Assembly: GCA_965197425.1 (NCBI GenBank)
Contig: CBDANC010000015.1
Location: forward strand, 256,001 to 320,000
Direction: 5' to 3'
Source of the DNA: Bdellovibrionales bacterium
GTDB taxonomy: Bacteria; Bdellovibrionota; Bdellovibrionia; Bdellovibrionales; JAUICD01
DNA length: 64,000 bases
Every line of letters begins with the position of its first letter. Within the stretch, counting starts at the first letter, position 1. The notes below the pieces were generated by a model. That model was given only the letters and a program-made list of their open reading frames with translations. It was not told where the DNA came from and made no database searches. This document shows positions 50,851 to 61,129 of this stretch, piece after piece. The translations under genes and the position numbers were made by a program.

Positions 50851-51155
50851 AATCTTATTCCCATATGTAGGCAAGCGATTCTACACTTTCTTTGTTGCTT
50901 TGAGTAGAGTTACTCTCACTATCAACGCATTAAATAATTGTATTTGCAGTTGAAAAAGGACAATTTATAGCTTAAAAGCTTAAATATTAAGCAATAGATT
51001 AGTGATCGTGGTTCCAGTTCAATCTCAATGTTTATACCAGATAATGAGACTTCTAGGATCAACTACTTTGCAACATATCAATGACAGTTATTTGTTGGGT
51101 ACACAAGATCACATGAAAAAAAAATATTAAGTGTAGTTTGAATTAAGGTAGGAAA

Positions 51156-51557
51156 ATGAATGCAGAAGAAAAAATTGTAAAACACCTAGAAATGATACAA
51201 CAGATTATAATTCGAATGGCAAATTGTTCTTTTTTGCTTAAGGGTTGGTCTATAACTCTAGCAACAGCTGGAATCTGGATAAGTACAAAAGCTAATAATT
51301 CTAGTTATATTTGTATTTTAGTGTTTCCAACAATTCTCTTTTGGATTTTAGATGGGTATTTTTTAAATCAAGAGAGATTGTTCAGGCAACTTTATAATTC
51401 TGTCAGGCAAGAGAAAGAAACGGATTTTTCCATGAAAATTTGTTGTAGTAAATCAAACTGGCTTGATGCTTTTCTTTCAAAAACAATTTGGATTTTCTAT
51501 GTTGCAATTATTTTTATGTATTTAGTTTGTGGCTTTATCTTGAAAATAAATATTTGA
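51156..51557 (+). CDS. Small 3-TM membrane protein upstream of TIR gene
   Basis: 133 aa; HLEMIQxIIxRMAxxSFxLKGW and FWxLDGYFLxQERLFRxLY motifs; three hydrophobic segments. Confidence 0.85.
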   Translation: MNAEEKIVKHLEMIQQIIIRMANCSFLLKGWSITLATAGIWISTKANNSSYICILVFPTILFWILDGYFLNQERLFRQLYNSVRQEKETDFSMKICCSKSNWLDAFLSKTIWIFYVAIIFMYLVCGFILKINI

Positions 51558-51569
51558 AGGAAGATCTGG

Positions 51570-52013
51570 ATGACAAGAAAAGTATTTTTTAGCTTCAAAT
51601 ATCGGCAGGATGTATCAAGAGCAATGGTTGTTAGACATAGTTGGGTAACTCAAGGAAAAGAAGCTGCTGGTTTTATTGATGCCGCTGGTTTTGAAAAAGT
51701 TAAGAAACAAGGAGATCATACCATAAAACGATGGATAGATAACCAACTTGAAGGTACGTCTGTCACAGTTGTTTTAGTTGGAGAGAAAACTTGTTCTAGT
51801 AGGTGGGTTGAATATGAAATTGAAGCGAGCAAAAGTAAAGGCAATGGCCTTCTTGGAATAGATATAAGCAAAATAAAAGATCTTAATGGTAAGACTTCTG
51901 AGCGCTGTGGTACAATACCGGAGGGTTACAATTTTTACCTATGGTTCAAAAATGACGGTTTTAACAACATGGGTAATTGGATTGAAAAAGCTGCCCAACA
52001 AGCTGGAAGGTAA
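51570..52013 (+). CDS. Stand-alone TIR protein (ThsB/DUF1863-like)
   Basis: KVFFSF...D, WIDNQLEGTSVTVVLVG, catalytic-type WVEYEI, GNGLLGI. Confidence 0.9.
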   Translation: MTRKVFFSFKYRQDVSRAMVVRHSWVTQGKEAAGFIDAAGFEKVKKQGDHTIKRWIDNQLEGTSVTVVLVGEKTCSSRWVEYEIEASKSKGNGLLGIDISKIKDLNGKTSERCGTIPEGYNFYLWFKNDGFNNMGNWIEKAAQQAGR

Positions 52014-52063
52014 AGATATTATAGCACTGCACTTTTAAATTTGACCTATACAGGAGAAAACAG

Positions 52064-53068
52064 GTGATATTGGATTTGTATTCAAAAAGAAAGAAAAGAA
52101 GTGAAATGGCAGGCAAAGTAACACCTTACAAGTACGATGCAATACCTAAGCGTTTCCGAATCCAAATTATATATATATGGCATGAAACCATTAATAAGAT
52201 TTTTTCTACTATTATAAATGATCTAGAGCCTAGTCGACGGGGATCAGCTTCACTTAGTGAGTCAACGAGCAATTTCTGGCTGTATTTTCACAACTCACTG
52301 GCAAAGGAGTATGGGGTGTTTGAATTGTCAGGCAAACCGAATGATCCTCATGAGCAACTAAAGAGCTTCTTTCTATCCCCCATTGATGTTAAATATTTAC
52401 TAGATACTATCGAATGTTCTTTTAACTGCCTGGAACTGATTTCAAAATCAACTGTTAGAGACAGTAATTATTGTTTTAGAAGTTATCGTGCAAATATTAT
52501 TGAAGATGTTACCAATATCATTAACAATGCTGTTGAGGAAGTTAATGGGCGTTTTGAAGAACATAGACTTGGATATGAACTTAATAATAAATGTCAGATA
52601 ATTAGAAAAGATTCAAAATTTTTACATGAAAAAACGGTAAAAAAATCTTTAGAACTTCTTGATGAAGTTGAATTTAGTGGAGTCTCAGATGAGTTTTCAA
52701 AAGGACATAATCAGTATAGAAAGGGCGAATACAAAGAAGCAATAAATAATGCTAACAACGCTTTTGAAAGCACCATGAAAACTATCTGTAAGAAAAAAAA
52801 TTGGGATTACACAAAAGCTAACGGTGCAAAACAATTAATTGATATTATGTTTAAACACGAATTGATCCCAAGTCATAGGGAATCTCATTTTAATAACTTA
52901 GCACAAACTCTTGAAGATGGACTCCCTACAGTTAGAAATAAAGAGTCAGGTCATGGTCAGGGGGCAGAACCTATTAATGTACCCCGCCGTTTGGCCCAAT
53001 ACGCCTTAAATTTAGTAGCTACTAACATTGTACTTCTGGTAGAAAGCTATAAAGACTCTTTAAATTAG
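52064..53068 (+). CDS. AbiJ-related (STM4504/CBY_0614-like) protein with C-terminal HEPN-like domain
   Basis: N-terminal 'DLYSKR...YKYDxIPxxFRIQIIYIW'; C-terminal 'AINNANNAFESTMK' and RNKESGHG. Confidence 0.75.
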   Translation: MILDLYSKRKKRSEMAGKVTPYKYDAIPKRFRIQIIYIWHETINKIFSTIINDLEPSRRGSASLSESTSNFWLYFHNSLAKEYGVFELSGKPNDPHEQLKSFFLSPIDVKYLLDTIECSFNCLELISKSTVRDSNYCFRSYRANIIEDVTNIINNAVEEVNGRFEEHRLGYELNNKCQIIRKDSKFLHEKTVKKSLELLDEVEFSGVSDEFSKGHNQYRKGEYKEAINNANNAFESTMKTICKKKNWDYTKANGAKQLIDIMFKHELIPSHRESHFNNLAQTLEDGLPTVRNKESGHGQGAEPINVPRRLAQYALNLVATNIVLLVESYKDSLN

Positions 53069-53153
53069 TGATTCAAACATGGCTTTGTGAGAACTTAGGC
53101 AATTATCTATTCAAAATTGTACAAGAAAATGTGTAGCAATGGCAAAGTAAAGT

Positions 53154-55625
53154 TTATTTATTCCAGTTTTGGCCAGAAAATACATCTACCTTAAGTGGCA
53201 CTTTTAGCTTTATCACTTGCTCCATACAATCCTTGATAACCTTAATACTACCGTCCAACTCTTCATCCTTAATCTCAAACACCAATTCATCATGCACCTG
53301 CAAAAGCATCTTCAAAGCCTTTTTCTTTTCCGCTATTTTTATCATTGCCATTTTTACCACATCACTAGCAGATCCCTGGAGAGGTGTATTTATGGCTGCC
53401 CTCTCCGCCATTCTCTGTTTCATTTTATTGCTGGAATTTATCTCAGGTAATAACCTTCTTCTACCAAGTAGAGTTTCTACATACCCATTCTTTCTAACTT
53501 CTTCAACTATGCTTTTCATATAGTCTCCAACTTTGGGAAATTTAGAAAAATAACTATCTATGATTTTTTGTGCTTCTGGTTTTGAAACTTTAATTACATT
53601 AGAAAGTCCAAAAGCTGTTTGGCCATACGCCAACCCAAAATTCACACTCTTGGCAACTCTTCGTTGATCTTCTGAGACATCATCAATGTCTATGCCAAAT
53701 AATTCGCCCGCTGTAGTAGCATGAATATCCTGATCCTCATAAAATGCATTTTTTAACCCTTCATCATCTGTTATATGAGCAAGCAAGCGAAGCTCTATTT
53801 GAGAGTAATCTGCTGAGACAAGCTTAGATCCACTAGGTGCTATAAAAGCCTTTCTTATATCTTTACCCCTCAAGGTCTTTATTGGAATATTTTGCAAATT
53901 AGGATTTACACTAGATAATCTTCCAGTAATAACACTGGCCTGCCTAAAGTGAGTGTGAATTCTGCCGGTAGATTTATCTACCAATGTAGGTAGTACATCT
54001 ACATAAGTTGATTTTAGTTTCGATATCTCTCTATACTCCATTAAATGATTTATTATTGGGTGATAGTTAGATAATCTTTCCAATACCGATGAATCTGTAG
54101 AAGGACCTGATTTTTTTTTCTTAACTATCGGTAGTTCCAAGCCTTCAAACAAAACCTTAGCCAGTTGCTTAGGGCTAGATACATTAAAACTATAACCCGA
54201 TAATTTGTAAATTTCTGTTTCTAAGGACTTAATTGCTTTTTCCAACTCCACAGATTGGTCTTTAAGACAATCTGCATCCAACAATATTCCATTTACTTCC
54301 ATGTCAAATAACACAGGAACTAAAGGGAGCTCTATTTCTAAGTACACATTTTTTGTACTACTATTTTCTAGTTTCTCCTCCAAAAAGGAGGCTAGTTTAA
54401 GGTGTGCATCGTATAGATCTTCAATGCTAGGTAGGGTAGGTAGCTCTTCATTTATATATATTCTGTATAATTCGCCAAAACTACCCACATGCCCAGACTC
54501 CAATGAATATGCTGCTAAATTACTACTCCACACAACCTTTTGAGACTTTGTAAATCCCATATCTCTAAACAAAGATTTTGGATCAAACCCTCTCCAAAAT
54601 AAATTTAAGTTTTCGAGATATGCCACATTGTCTTCGTCTTCTATTTGTAACTTATATAAAGACTTACCTTTTCCTATTACAATTAGATCCTGGTGCAAGA
54701 AACCCCAAACAGTATCACCAGTATTTAGATTTTCTTTATTAAAATCTAGAACTGTAAATTTTTGTTTTTTTGGAGTTCCAAATAGAGTTTTTTCAAAAAA
54801 TTTAAATTCTAATTTTTTTAAGAGTTCCTCTAAGCTAGTTTGATCTACATCTCTTTGTTTCAGATCTACTGTAGTAACTTCAAAACCTTCTATGTTTGTT
54901 TTTATAGTGACTAATGTTTTAGATAAAAAAGCAGAGTCTTTGCCTTCAATAAGTTTTTGTTTTAATTTTTCATTTTTAATCTTATCCAAGTTATCATAAA
55001 TATCTTCTAAAGATTTAAACTGATCTAACAGCTTAGCAGCTCCCTTTTGACCTATCCCATATACACCAGGAATATTATCTGAAGAATCACCACAAATTGC
55101 CAAGTAGTCTATCATTTGATCTGGGCTGACACCCCATTTTTCGATAACAGCATCCCTATCATACGTAATATCTCTCATGGTATCCCACATGCTTATGTTT
55201 GGACCTATCAACTGTGCAAAATCTTTATCTCCACTTATAATAACTACCTTCAAAGTTTCTTTTGTGCTGTTACTTATAACCCCAATAAGGTCGTCTGCTT
55301 CATAACCCAATTTATCAAAGCTTGGAATTCCCAAACTATCTGTGATTTGTCTTAAGTAAGGAACTTGCTTTTCTAGTTCAGGCGGCATAGCAGTTCGGTT
55401 TGCTTTATAGTCTGCAAAAATTTCTTTTCTAAAAGAAGGCTCTTTTCTATCAAATAGGTAGGCTATGTAATCTGGAGAATTTTCTTTCAAAAGTTTTATG
55501 GTCATTTGAAAAAAACCATACAATGCACCTGTTGGAAAACCTTCTTTAGTTTGTAGAGGTGTCTTGACAGCATAGTGTGCTCTAAAAAACATAGAGCTAG
55601 CATCAACTAGGTAAAGTAATTTCAT
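53154..55625 (-). CDS. polA: DNA polymerase I
   Basis: 5'-3' exonuclease (YEADD, GDSSDNIPGV), TGRLSS, DYSQIELR, LQVHDEL; middle 3'-5' exonuclease region short and degenerate. Confidence 0.97.
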   Translation of the reverse strand: MKLLYLVDASSMFFRAHYAVKTPLQTKEGFPTGALYGFFQMTIKLLKENSPDYIAYLFDRKEPSFRKEIFADYKANRTAMPPELEKQVPYLRQITDSLGIPSFDKLGYEADDLIGVISNSTKETLKVVIISGDKDFAQLIGPNISMWDTMRDITYDRDAVIEKWGVSPDQMIDYLAICGDSSDNIPGVYGIGQKGAAKLLDQFKSLEDIYDNLDKIKNEKLKQKLIEGKDSAFLSKTLVTIKTNIEGFEVTTVDLKQRDVDQTSLEELLKKLEFKFFEKTLFGTPKKQKFTVLDFNKENLNTGDTVWGFLHQDLIVIGKGKSLYKLQIEDEDNVAYLENLNLFWRGFDPKSLFRDMGFTKSQKVVWSSNLAAYSLESGHVGSFGELYRIYINEELPTLPSIEDLYDAHLKLASFLEEKLENSSTKNVYLEIELPLVPVLFDMEVNGILLDADCLKDQSVELEKAIKSLETEIYKLSGYSFNVSSPKQLAKVLFEGLELPIVKKKKSGPSTDSSVLERLSNYHPIINHLMEYREISKLKSTYVDVLPTLVDKSTGRIHTHFRQASVITGRLSSVNPNLQNIPIKTLRGKDIRKAFIAPSGSKLVSADYSQIELRLLAHITDDEGLKNAFYEDQDIHATTAGELFGIDIDDVSEDQRRVAKSVNFGLAYGQTAFGLSNVIKVSKPEAQKIIDSYFSKFPKVGDYMKSIVEEVRKNGYVETLLGRRRLLPEINSSNKMKQRMAERAAINTPLQGSASDVVKMAMIKIAEKKKALKMLLQVHDELVFEIKDEELDGSIKVIKDCMEQVIKLKVPLKVDVFSGQNWNK

Positions 55626-55635
55626 TTTTAAAAAT

Positions 55636-56298
55636 CTAAAGAACTTTTAAAAGTTCTAATTCAAAAATCAAAGTTGACCCAGGAGGTACTCCGGGAAGCT
55701 CTCTTTCTCCATATGCGAGTTCATTTGGAATATATAAAACAAGTTTAGAGCCTTCTTTTGCTAGTTTAAGGGCCTCTGCCATTCCTGGTATGGTGCCATT
55801 TACATCAAAAGTAGCAGGAGAATTTCTCTTATAAGAACTGTCAAATTCTGTGTTGTCTATTAACATTCCTTTGTAATGTAATTCTACTTTAGAGTCATCC
55901 TTTGGCTTTTTTCCCGCACCCTCTTCTACTATCTTATATTGTAGGCCAGATTCTGTTACCTTAATACCTTCCTTCTCTTTATTCTCTTCTAAAAATTTCT
56001 GGCCTGCTAGTTTGTTAACTTCAAATTGTTCTTTTCTCTGCGTCTCTAACTTTTCTCTTACGTTTCTTACTGCTAAAACCATTTCATTTTCAGGTAACCG
56101 AAGGGGCTTATCTGATAAAACATCTGATATTGCCATGTTTAGAATATTCTGGTCTATCTCTATATTTTGCATTTTTATAGACTGACCCACCTGTATTCCC
56201 ACTGCATAACTGTATTTTTGGCTGTCTGTCTCTATCTTCTTTGAGCTACAAGATAGCAAAGAGATCGTACTTATCAAAAATATTAGCCTTATAATCAT
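55636..56298 (-). CDS. FKBP-type peptidyl-prolyl isomerase (FkpA/Mip-like lipoprotein)
   Basis: Lipobox LLS|C; SYAVG, TESGLQY, FDSSY, IPNELAYG, LIFELELL. Confidence 0.93.
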   Translation of the reverse strand: MIIRLIFLISTISLLSCSSKKIETDSQKYSYAVGIQVGQSIKMQNIEIDQNILNMAISDVLSDKPLRLPENEMVLAVRNVREKLETQRKEQFEVNKLAGQKFLEENKEKEGIKVTESGLQYKIVEEGAGKKPKDDSKVELHYKGMLIDNTEFDSSYKRNSPATFDVNGTIPGMAEALKLAKEGSKLVLYIPNELAYGERELPGVPPGSTLIFELELLKVL

Positions 56299-56380
56299 AG
56301 ACCTTCTCTGTTTCTTGTTTGTTTACTTATACCTGTTTATTTATACTTCTTATATCGCTGGAGCAGAGTCAGGTATCCGT

Positions 56381-56656
56381 TTATGCATTAATATATTCTC
56401 TTAATTCTTTACCTGCTTTGAAGAAAGGGACTTTTTTTTGTTTTACATCTATGACTGCGCCTGTTCTGGGATTTCTACCTTCATACGCTCCATATTCACG
56501 ATTTACGAACGATCCGAATCCTCTTATCTCAACTCTATCTCCTTTTACAAGAGCTTCAGATATTGAATCAAACAGGGTATTAACCACAACCTCGGCTTTG
56601 AGCCTCGTGATGTTTGCTTCTTCTGCTAGAATAGTTACTAGTTGGGACTTAGTCAT
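56381..56656 (-). CDS. HU/IHF family DNA-binding protein (IHF-beta-like)
   Basis: MTKSQL, RVEIRGFGSF, GRNPRTG, FKAGKELRE. Confidence 0.95.
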   Translation of the reverse strand: MTKSQLVTILAEEANITRLKAEVVVNTLFDSISEALVKGDRVEIRGFGSFVNREYGAYEGRNPRTGAVIDVKQKKVPFFKAGKELREYINA

Positions 56657-56732
56657 ATGTTTTTCCTTCTGCCAGTATTATTTAGGACCATTTGCATTTC
56701 AACATTTTTTTGCTCTTTTTGTCCATTATTTC

Positions 56733-58118
56733 CTATAGCTGATTATCTCCTTGAATAATAGATGTTTTATATTTTCGGTTCATATAAGCCAATATACATA
56801 GTATAAAAATGAATAACCTGCCTATTTGGTCATCTATGAAGGCTACATTTGTTAACCCACCTAAATGCACCACTACCTGGGCACCTATTGCTCCTAGCAC
56901 AAAAGATCTATGATCTACATTATTCCTGGGTATTTCTAACAGAAGATCATAACTTATCAACATAAATGTCAGGATGAATAGTAAATAACTAATAGTGCCA
57001 ACTACACCAACAGAAGACATCCACTCTATATAAGTGTTATGTGCATGACATCCGGTCAACTTCCTATTTTGCCAAGGCCCAACTCCTAAGATTGGATTTT
57101 TGTAAAACCCATCCATGTGCTTATTCCAGATCTCAATTCTTTCACTGTTATATTCCATATCAGCAATTGTATTAACTCTAGATTTTATATCAGGCATGAC
57201 AAAATACAAAAGAGTACATCCTACGGAAACTACAATTAGGGTAGCAATAAAAACTCTTTTGTTTATAAAAAAGCTCATGGCAATCACTGCTGCTACAACA
57301 GACACCCACGCACCCCTGGAATAAGTCCATATTATGCTTAGTGCCATTAGTACTGAGCTTACACCGAGTAATATAGCAGTCTTATAGCTACTAAAGTTTC
57401 TTGTCATTAACTTGGCTAAGGCCAAGCACAAGATCATGGCAATGCAGTACCCATATTTAAGGTGGTGGGTCAAAAAACCTACTACTTGATACTGATCATT
57501 TAGTTTGTATACCCCATGGTACTTGCTAAATTTCAACAAATGTCTAAGGTCCACTCCCGTAAAATGTTGGATTATTCCATACACAGAAACTATGGCGCCA
57601 ACCACAATCAAGATACCTATCAACCGGTTAATCCCAGGAAATAACATAAGTGCATAAGTAAAAAGATAAAGAGGTATGATCCAGCCTAGAGCATTAAAAA
57701 TATATCTAAGAAATTCGTACCACACAAAATGCTTAAACCCCATTATGTCAATGAAGTCTTTGGTTCTCTCCATATTCTCTAAGAAATTTACAATAAGACT
57801 TATTATTCCTATTATAGCTAGTATTCCAATCCAAATATCGCCACCAATTTTAAATATTTTTATTTCTCTATTTAATGAAAATTTATCTGTTACCATGTAG
57901 CTGAAAATGAGAAAGCATATTAACCATTTCAGTGCTTCGGAAGCTGAATTGGCAGTAAGAAGGCTTACTGCATAGATCATTAGAAGATAAGGTACTAGCG
58001 AGCCAAAAATATTTTTTAATTTCACTAAGGCAATATGTTCTACCAGTGTATCTGTTTTGCTTATCTCAGGATTTTCAAGCTTTATTTTTGCCCGTTGGCT
58101 TGGTGTGGTGTTTTGCAA
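56733..58118 (-). CDS. O-antigen ligase family membrane protein
   Basis: Multi-TM; TYSRGAW, ERIEIW, PILGVG, HAHNTY. Confidence 0.88.
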   Translation of the reverse strand: MQNTTPSQRAKIKLENPEISKTDTLVEHIALVKLKNIFGSLVPYLLMIYAVSLLTANSASEALKWLICFLIFSYMVTDKFSLNREIKIFKIGGDIWIGILAIIGIISLIVNFLENMERTKDFIDIMGFKHFVWYEFLRYIFNALGWIIPLYLFTYALMLFPGINRLIGILIVVGAIVSVYGIIQHFTGVDLRHLLKFSKYHGVYKLNDQYQVVGFLTHHLKYGYCIAMILCLALAKLMTRNFSSYKTAILLGVSSVLMALSIIWTYSRGAWVSVVAAVIAMSFFINKRVFIATLIVVSVGCTLLYFVMPDIKSRVNTIADMEYNSERIEIWNKHMDGFYKNPILGVGPWQNRKLTGCHAHNTYIEWMSSVGVVGTISYLLFILTFMLISYDLLLEIPRNNVDHRSFVLGAIGAQVVVHLGGLTNVAFIDDQIGRLFIFILCILAYMNRKYKTSIIQGDNQL

Positions 58119-58127
58119 CTGTTGCTC

Positions 58128-59357
58128 CTAAGTTTTTTTATATAATTTGGAGGACAAAAGCATCTGGTGATATGACTCTATAGTAGAATTCACCATATTT
58201 TTTGGATCAAAAAGAGGTGCTATTGTTTCTTTTGCTTTTTTTCCTAATCGTGCAATATCAATTTGTTCTGTAAATACCTTTAGCATCAAATTGGAAAGTG
58301 TGTGTGTATCAGAAGGTCCTATCAAAAACCCATTTTCTCCATTTTCAATTATAGATGATATAGCACCTATCTCAGAACCTATAATAACCTTCTCCTTAGC
58401 CATCGCTTCTAACATTGCAGGGTCAAAACCAGTGCTTCTAATGCTTATGTCGATAAAGACATCTGATCTATCCACATAGTTTATTACCTCACTATGTGGA
58501 ATATCACCAGCAAGTATTACTTTACTCCCCAATGCTAGGTTATACATTTCTTTTTCAATTTGTCTTCTCTTACGTCCATCACCTACAATTATTAATCTCG
58601 AATTTGGTTGTTTGATAACAACAGCTTCAAAAGCTCTCAAAATATTTTTTAGAACGCTGGAATGATTCATATCAACTACTGTTAATGCCACTTTGGTGTC
58701 GTCCAAGATATCGTGCTTTGATGAACCCTTATATTTGGTATATACAGTGCCCAGCTCTATTCCAAAGGGAATTGTATATATTCGTCTGTCCGGATAGAAG
58801 TAATACCGTTCTAGTACTAACCTTTGCCTTGGCGAAGAAACAAAAACCCCGTTAGAATTTTTCAAAAGCTGTCTATCAGTGGAATAGTATGTACTTAAAT
58901 ACTTATATAGGACTGCCAAAGAGGTAGTTAGCATGTTTCTTAAAGTTTCCCTTGCTATGCCTACAATATAAAATAACTGTGATAAAGCCAATGTCCTAGC
59001 GTCTAGTGCAACAACTAGTTTATTTTGTTTTTTATTTTTGGCTACTAATATTCCAGATTGATCCACAATATGTACCAAATGAAAAGGTGTATTCTTGTGG
59101 CTCTGTAAAAACCTCTCATATATTTTTTCTTTTACTTCTTTGGGAAGCTTTGGCTTTTTAATCAAAATACATTTTATGTTATTTCTTGTAAGCTGAAAAT
59201 CATCATTGGCAACCGCTATTATGGTAACCTGGTGTCCTATGCTTGTAAGTTCTTTGGATAATGTCCATAGGAAGCCAGGTTCAACCATAGTTTCTTCATC
59301 GTAGGTTATAAAGCTACGGGCTATAAAACAAATATTCAACTTGTCCGGGAGTTTCAT
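58128..59357 (-). CDS. Glycosyltransferase family 4
   Basis: IIVGDG, LEAMAKEKVIIGS, IIENGENGFLI GT-B C-terminal motifs. Confidence 0.88.
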   Translation of the reverse strand: MKLPDKLNICFIARSFITYDEETMVEPGFLWTLSKELTSIGHQVTIIAVANDDFQLTRNNIKCILIKKPKLPKEVKEKIYERFLQSHKNTPFHLVHIVDQSGILVAKNKKQNKLVVALDARTLALSQLFYIVGIARETLRNMLTTSLAVLYKYLSTYYSTDRQLLKNSNGVFVSSPRQRLVLERYYFYPDRRIYTIPFGIELGTVYTKYKGSSKHDILDDTKVALTVVDMNHSSVLKNILRAFEAVVIKQPNSRLIIVGDGRKRRQIEKEMYNLALGSKVILAGDIPHSEVINYVDRSDVFIDISIRSTGFDPAMLEAMAKEKVIIGSEIGAISSIIENGENGFLIGPSDTHTLSNLMLKVFTEQIDIARLGKKAKETIAPLFDPKNMVNSTIESYHQMLLSSKLYKKT

Positions 59358-59379
59358 AGCTTAAGATGGTAAAATTATA

Positions 59380-59413
59380 AAATACCAGTGTCAATAATAT
59401 GACACTAGTATTT
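59380..59413 (-). terminator. Inverted repeat, probable terminator of the ankyrin gene; contains the TTGACA of a downstream TTGACA-N17-TACCAT promoter
   Basis: AAATACCAGTGTCA-ataata-TGACACTAGTATTT, arms 13/14. Confidence 0.55.
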
Positions 59414-59449
59414 GTTGCTATATTTGTGGATTTAGTAAGACTGTTAGTT

Positions 59450-61129
59450 TTATTTATTTTCGTGTTCTTCTAGTATTGAAATAAGCTCTTTACTGTTAAC
59501 TCTTCTTGCATAGTCCATCGGAGAAACACCTAAATAGTCTCTGATGCTAGAATCTATATTCTCATGAGTTAGTAGAATGTTAACTGCGGTTACATGACGT
59601 TTTATAACTGCTTGTAATAGAGCCGTTTCTTTTTCCAAAAACAAGGTGCTGTTTACATCCAACTCTGGTCTAACAATAAGTAGATATAGTATTTCTATGT
59701 AACCAGCACTAGCAGCTGCCATAAGAGGAGTTCTGCCTGTGTTATCCTTCGCATTTACATCGATATCTTCTCTTGTTAATAGAATTTTTACAATTTCATC
59801 ATTTCCTTTTTTAGTAGCTATCAAAAGGGCTGTTTCACCAGTATTGTCTCTCGCATTGACATTTGTAGCACGGCTTTCTAGTAAATTTCTTACTAGGTCA
59901 ACCTTTCCATCTTCTACAGCCCACATGAGCATTGTTCTACCAAAACTATCTTTTATATTTGCATCCATTGGAGAACCAAAAACTAATGGGTCAATTGCAA
60001 CCTCTCCTCTTTCTTTCAAATATGCCCTTTCTGTATCTGGTACAAGATCAGATCCTGGTTCTCTTTCTGCTGCAGGAGGAATTCTTCTATCATCTCTAGG
60101 TTCTGTTACGGTTGTAAATCTAGGGTTTTCACTTGCTCTTTGTCTTCGATCTGCTTCCAATACTTCTAACTCAATTGGTGGTATTGGTGTAAAGCGTCCG
60201 GGTACAGGTATTAAGATAACTCCAGCTCCAGGCTCTCTTTCTACGCCAGGATCTCTCACAACACCAGTTGTAGTAGTATCAGGGACGGAAACAGTGGTAT
60301 CAGGAACAGCTACTTCAGGTCTTGTAACACCTCTTGGAACAGCCATTGTGGTGTCTTGGTTTTCGGTTTTTTCAATTTCTACATTACCTTGTTCACCTGG
60401 TTGTGCTGGAATATTCTCTTCAGGCTTTGGTCTTTCTACTGGTACAAGATCAGCTCCAGGCTCTCGTATTATTATAGTGTAGTCTTCTCCCCTTGCTATT
60501 GTAGTATCTTGGTTTTCAGTTTTTTCAATTTCAACCGGTCTTTGAGGAGGTGCTTGTTCTATTACCGTAGGTATTGGTAGAACAGGCTCTCTTACTACAC
60601 CAGCTCCTTGTCCAGTAGTATCGGCTGCAGGAGGAGGAATAATTCTCGGGTCACCTTGACCTGGTTGTCTTGGAGGAGGAATAATCCTTGGGTCACCTTG
60701 ACCTGGTTGTCTTCTAACGCCACCATAGAAATGCTCAGGATCATCAAATTCCCCTTCACGATGATTTCTTAGTAACTCGAGTATCTCTAAGCAGCCTCTC
60801 CTTTCTGCTATCATGAAGGCATCTTCTCCTCTGTTGTTTCTTATGTGCAACTCTAGACCAGGAATTTCTAAAAGGCTTCTTACTAGTGCTATATTACATC
60901 TTCTAACTGACTCTATTAAGAATGTGTTACCGTTTTCATCTACAAAGTTTGGATAATCAATACGACCCAAACGATATATTACTCCATCTACTTGTCCATT
61001 TCTTATCCCATCCAATAGCTCCGCATGACCATAAGTGAGGGTATTGTCGTTAGTCTGAGTAAGAGAATCAGAACACCCAGTATTTAATATTGAAACTATA
61101 ATAGCTAACAAAATTAGTTTGTATTTCAT
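59450..61129 (-). CDS. Ankyrin-repeat lipoprotein with long Pro/Thr-rich repetitive linker
   Basis: Lipobox NTG|C; ANK repeats at both ends (GNTFLIES, GEDAFMIA; GRTMLMWA, GETALLIA, GRTPLMAA). Confidence 0.9.
   Translation of the reverse strand: MKYKLILLAIIVSILNTGCSDSLTQTNDNTLTYGHAELLDGIRNGQVDGVIYRLGRIDYPNFVDENGNTFLIESVRRCNIALVRSLLEIPGLELHIRNNRGEDAFMIAERRGCLEILELLRNHREGEFDDPEHFYGGVRRQPGQGDPRIIPPPRQPGQGDPRIIPPPAADTTGQGAGVVREPVLPIPTVIEQAPPQRPVEIEKTENQDTTIARGEDYTIIIREPGADLVPVERPKPEENIPAQPGEQGNVEIEKTENQDTTMAVPRGVTRPEVAVPDTTVSVPDTTTTGVVRDPGVEREPGAGVILIPVPGRFTPIPPIELEVLEADRRQRASENPRFTTVTEPRDDRRIPPAAEREPGSDLVPDTERAYLKERGEVAIDPLVFGSPMDANIKDSFGRTMLMWAVEDGKVDLVRNLLESRATNVNARDNTGETALLIATKKGNDEIVKILLTREDIDVNAKDNTGRTPLMAAASAGYIEILYLLIVRPELDVNSTLFLEKETALLQAVIKRHVTAVNILLTHENIDSSIRDYLGVSPMDYARRVNSKELISILEEHENK
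60630..60713. repeat. 42-bp tandem duplication (RQPGQGDPRIIPPP x2)
   Basis: 60630-60671 vs 60672-60713, two mismatches. Confidence 0.95.

Noticed and set aside
51002..51130. Short frame (LYQIMRLLGSTTLQ...DHMKK) faintly like a tyrosine-recombinase C-terminus
   Set aside because: Lacks the LLGH histidine and a properly spaced catalytic Tyr; only 42 codons; likely chance
51570..52013. Canonical Thoeris system
   Set aside because: No ThsA-type SIR2-SLOG or TM-macrodomain gene nearby
59739..60482. 247-aa plus-strand ORF
   Set aside because: Antisense shadow of the repetitive ankyrin gene
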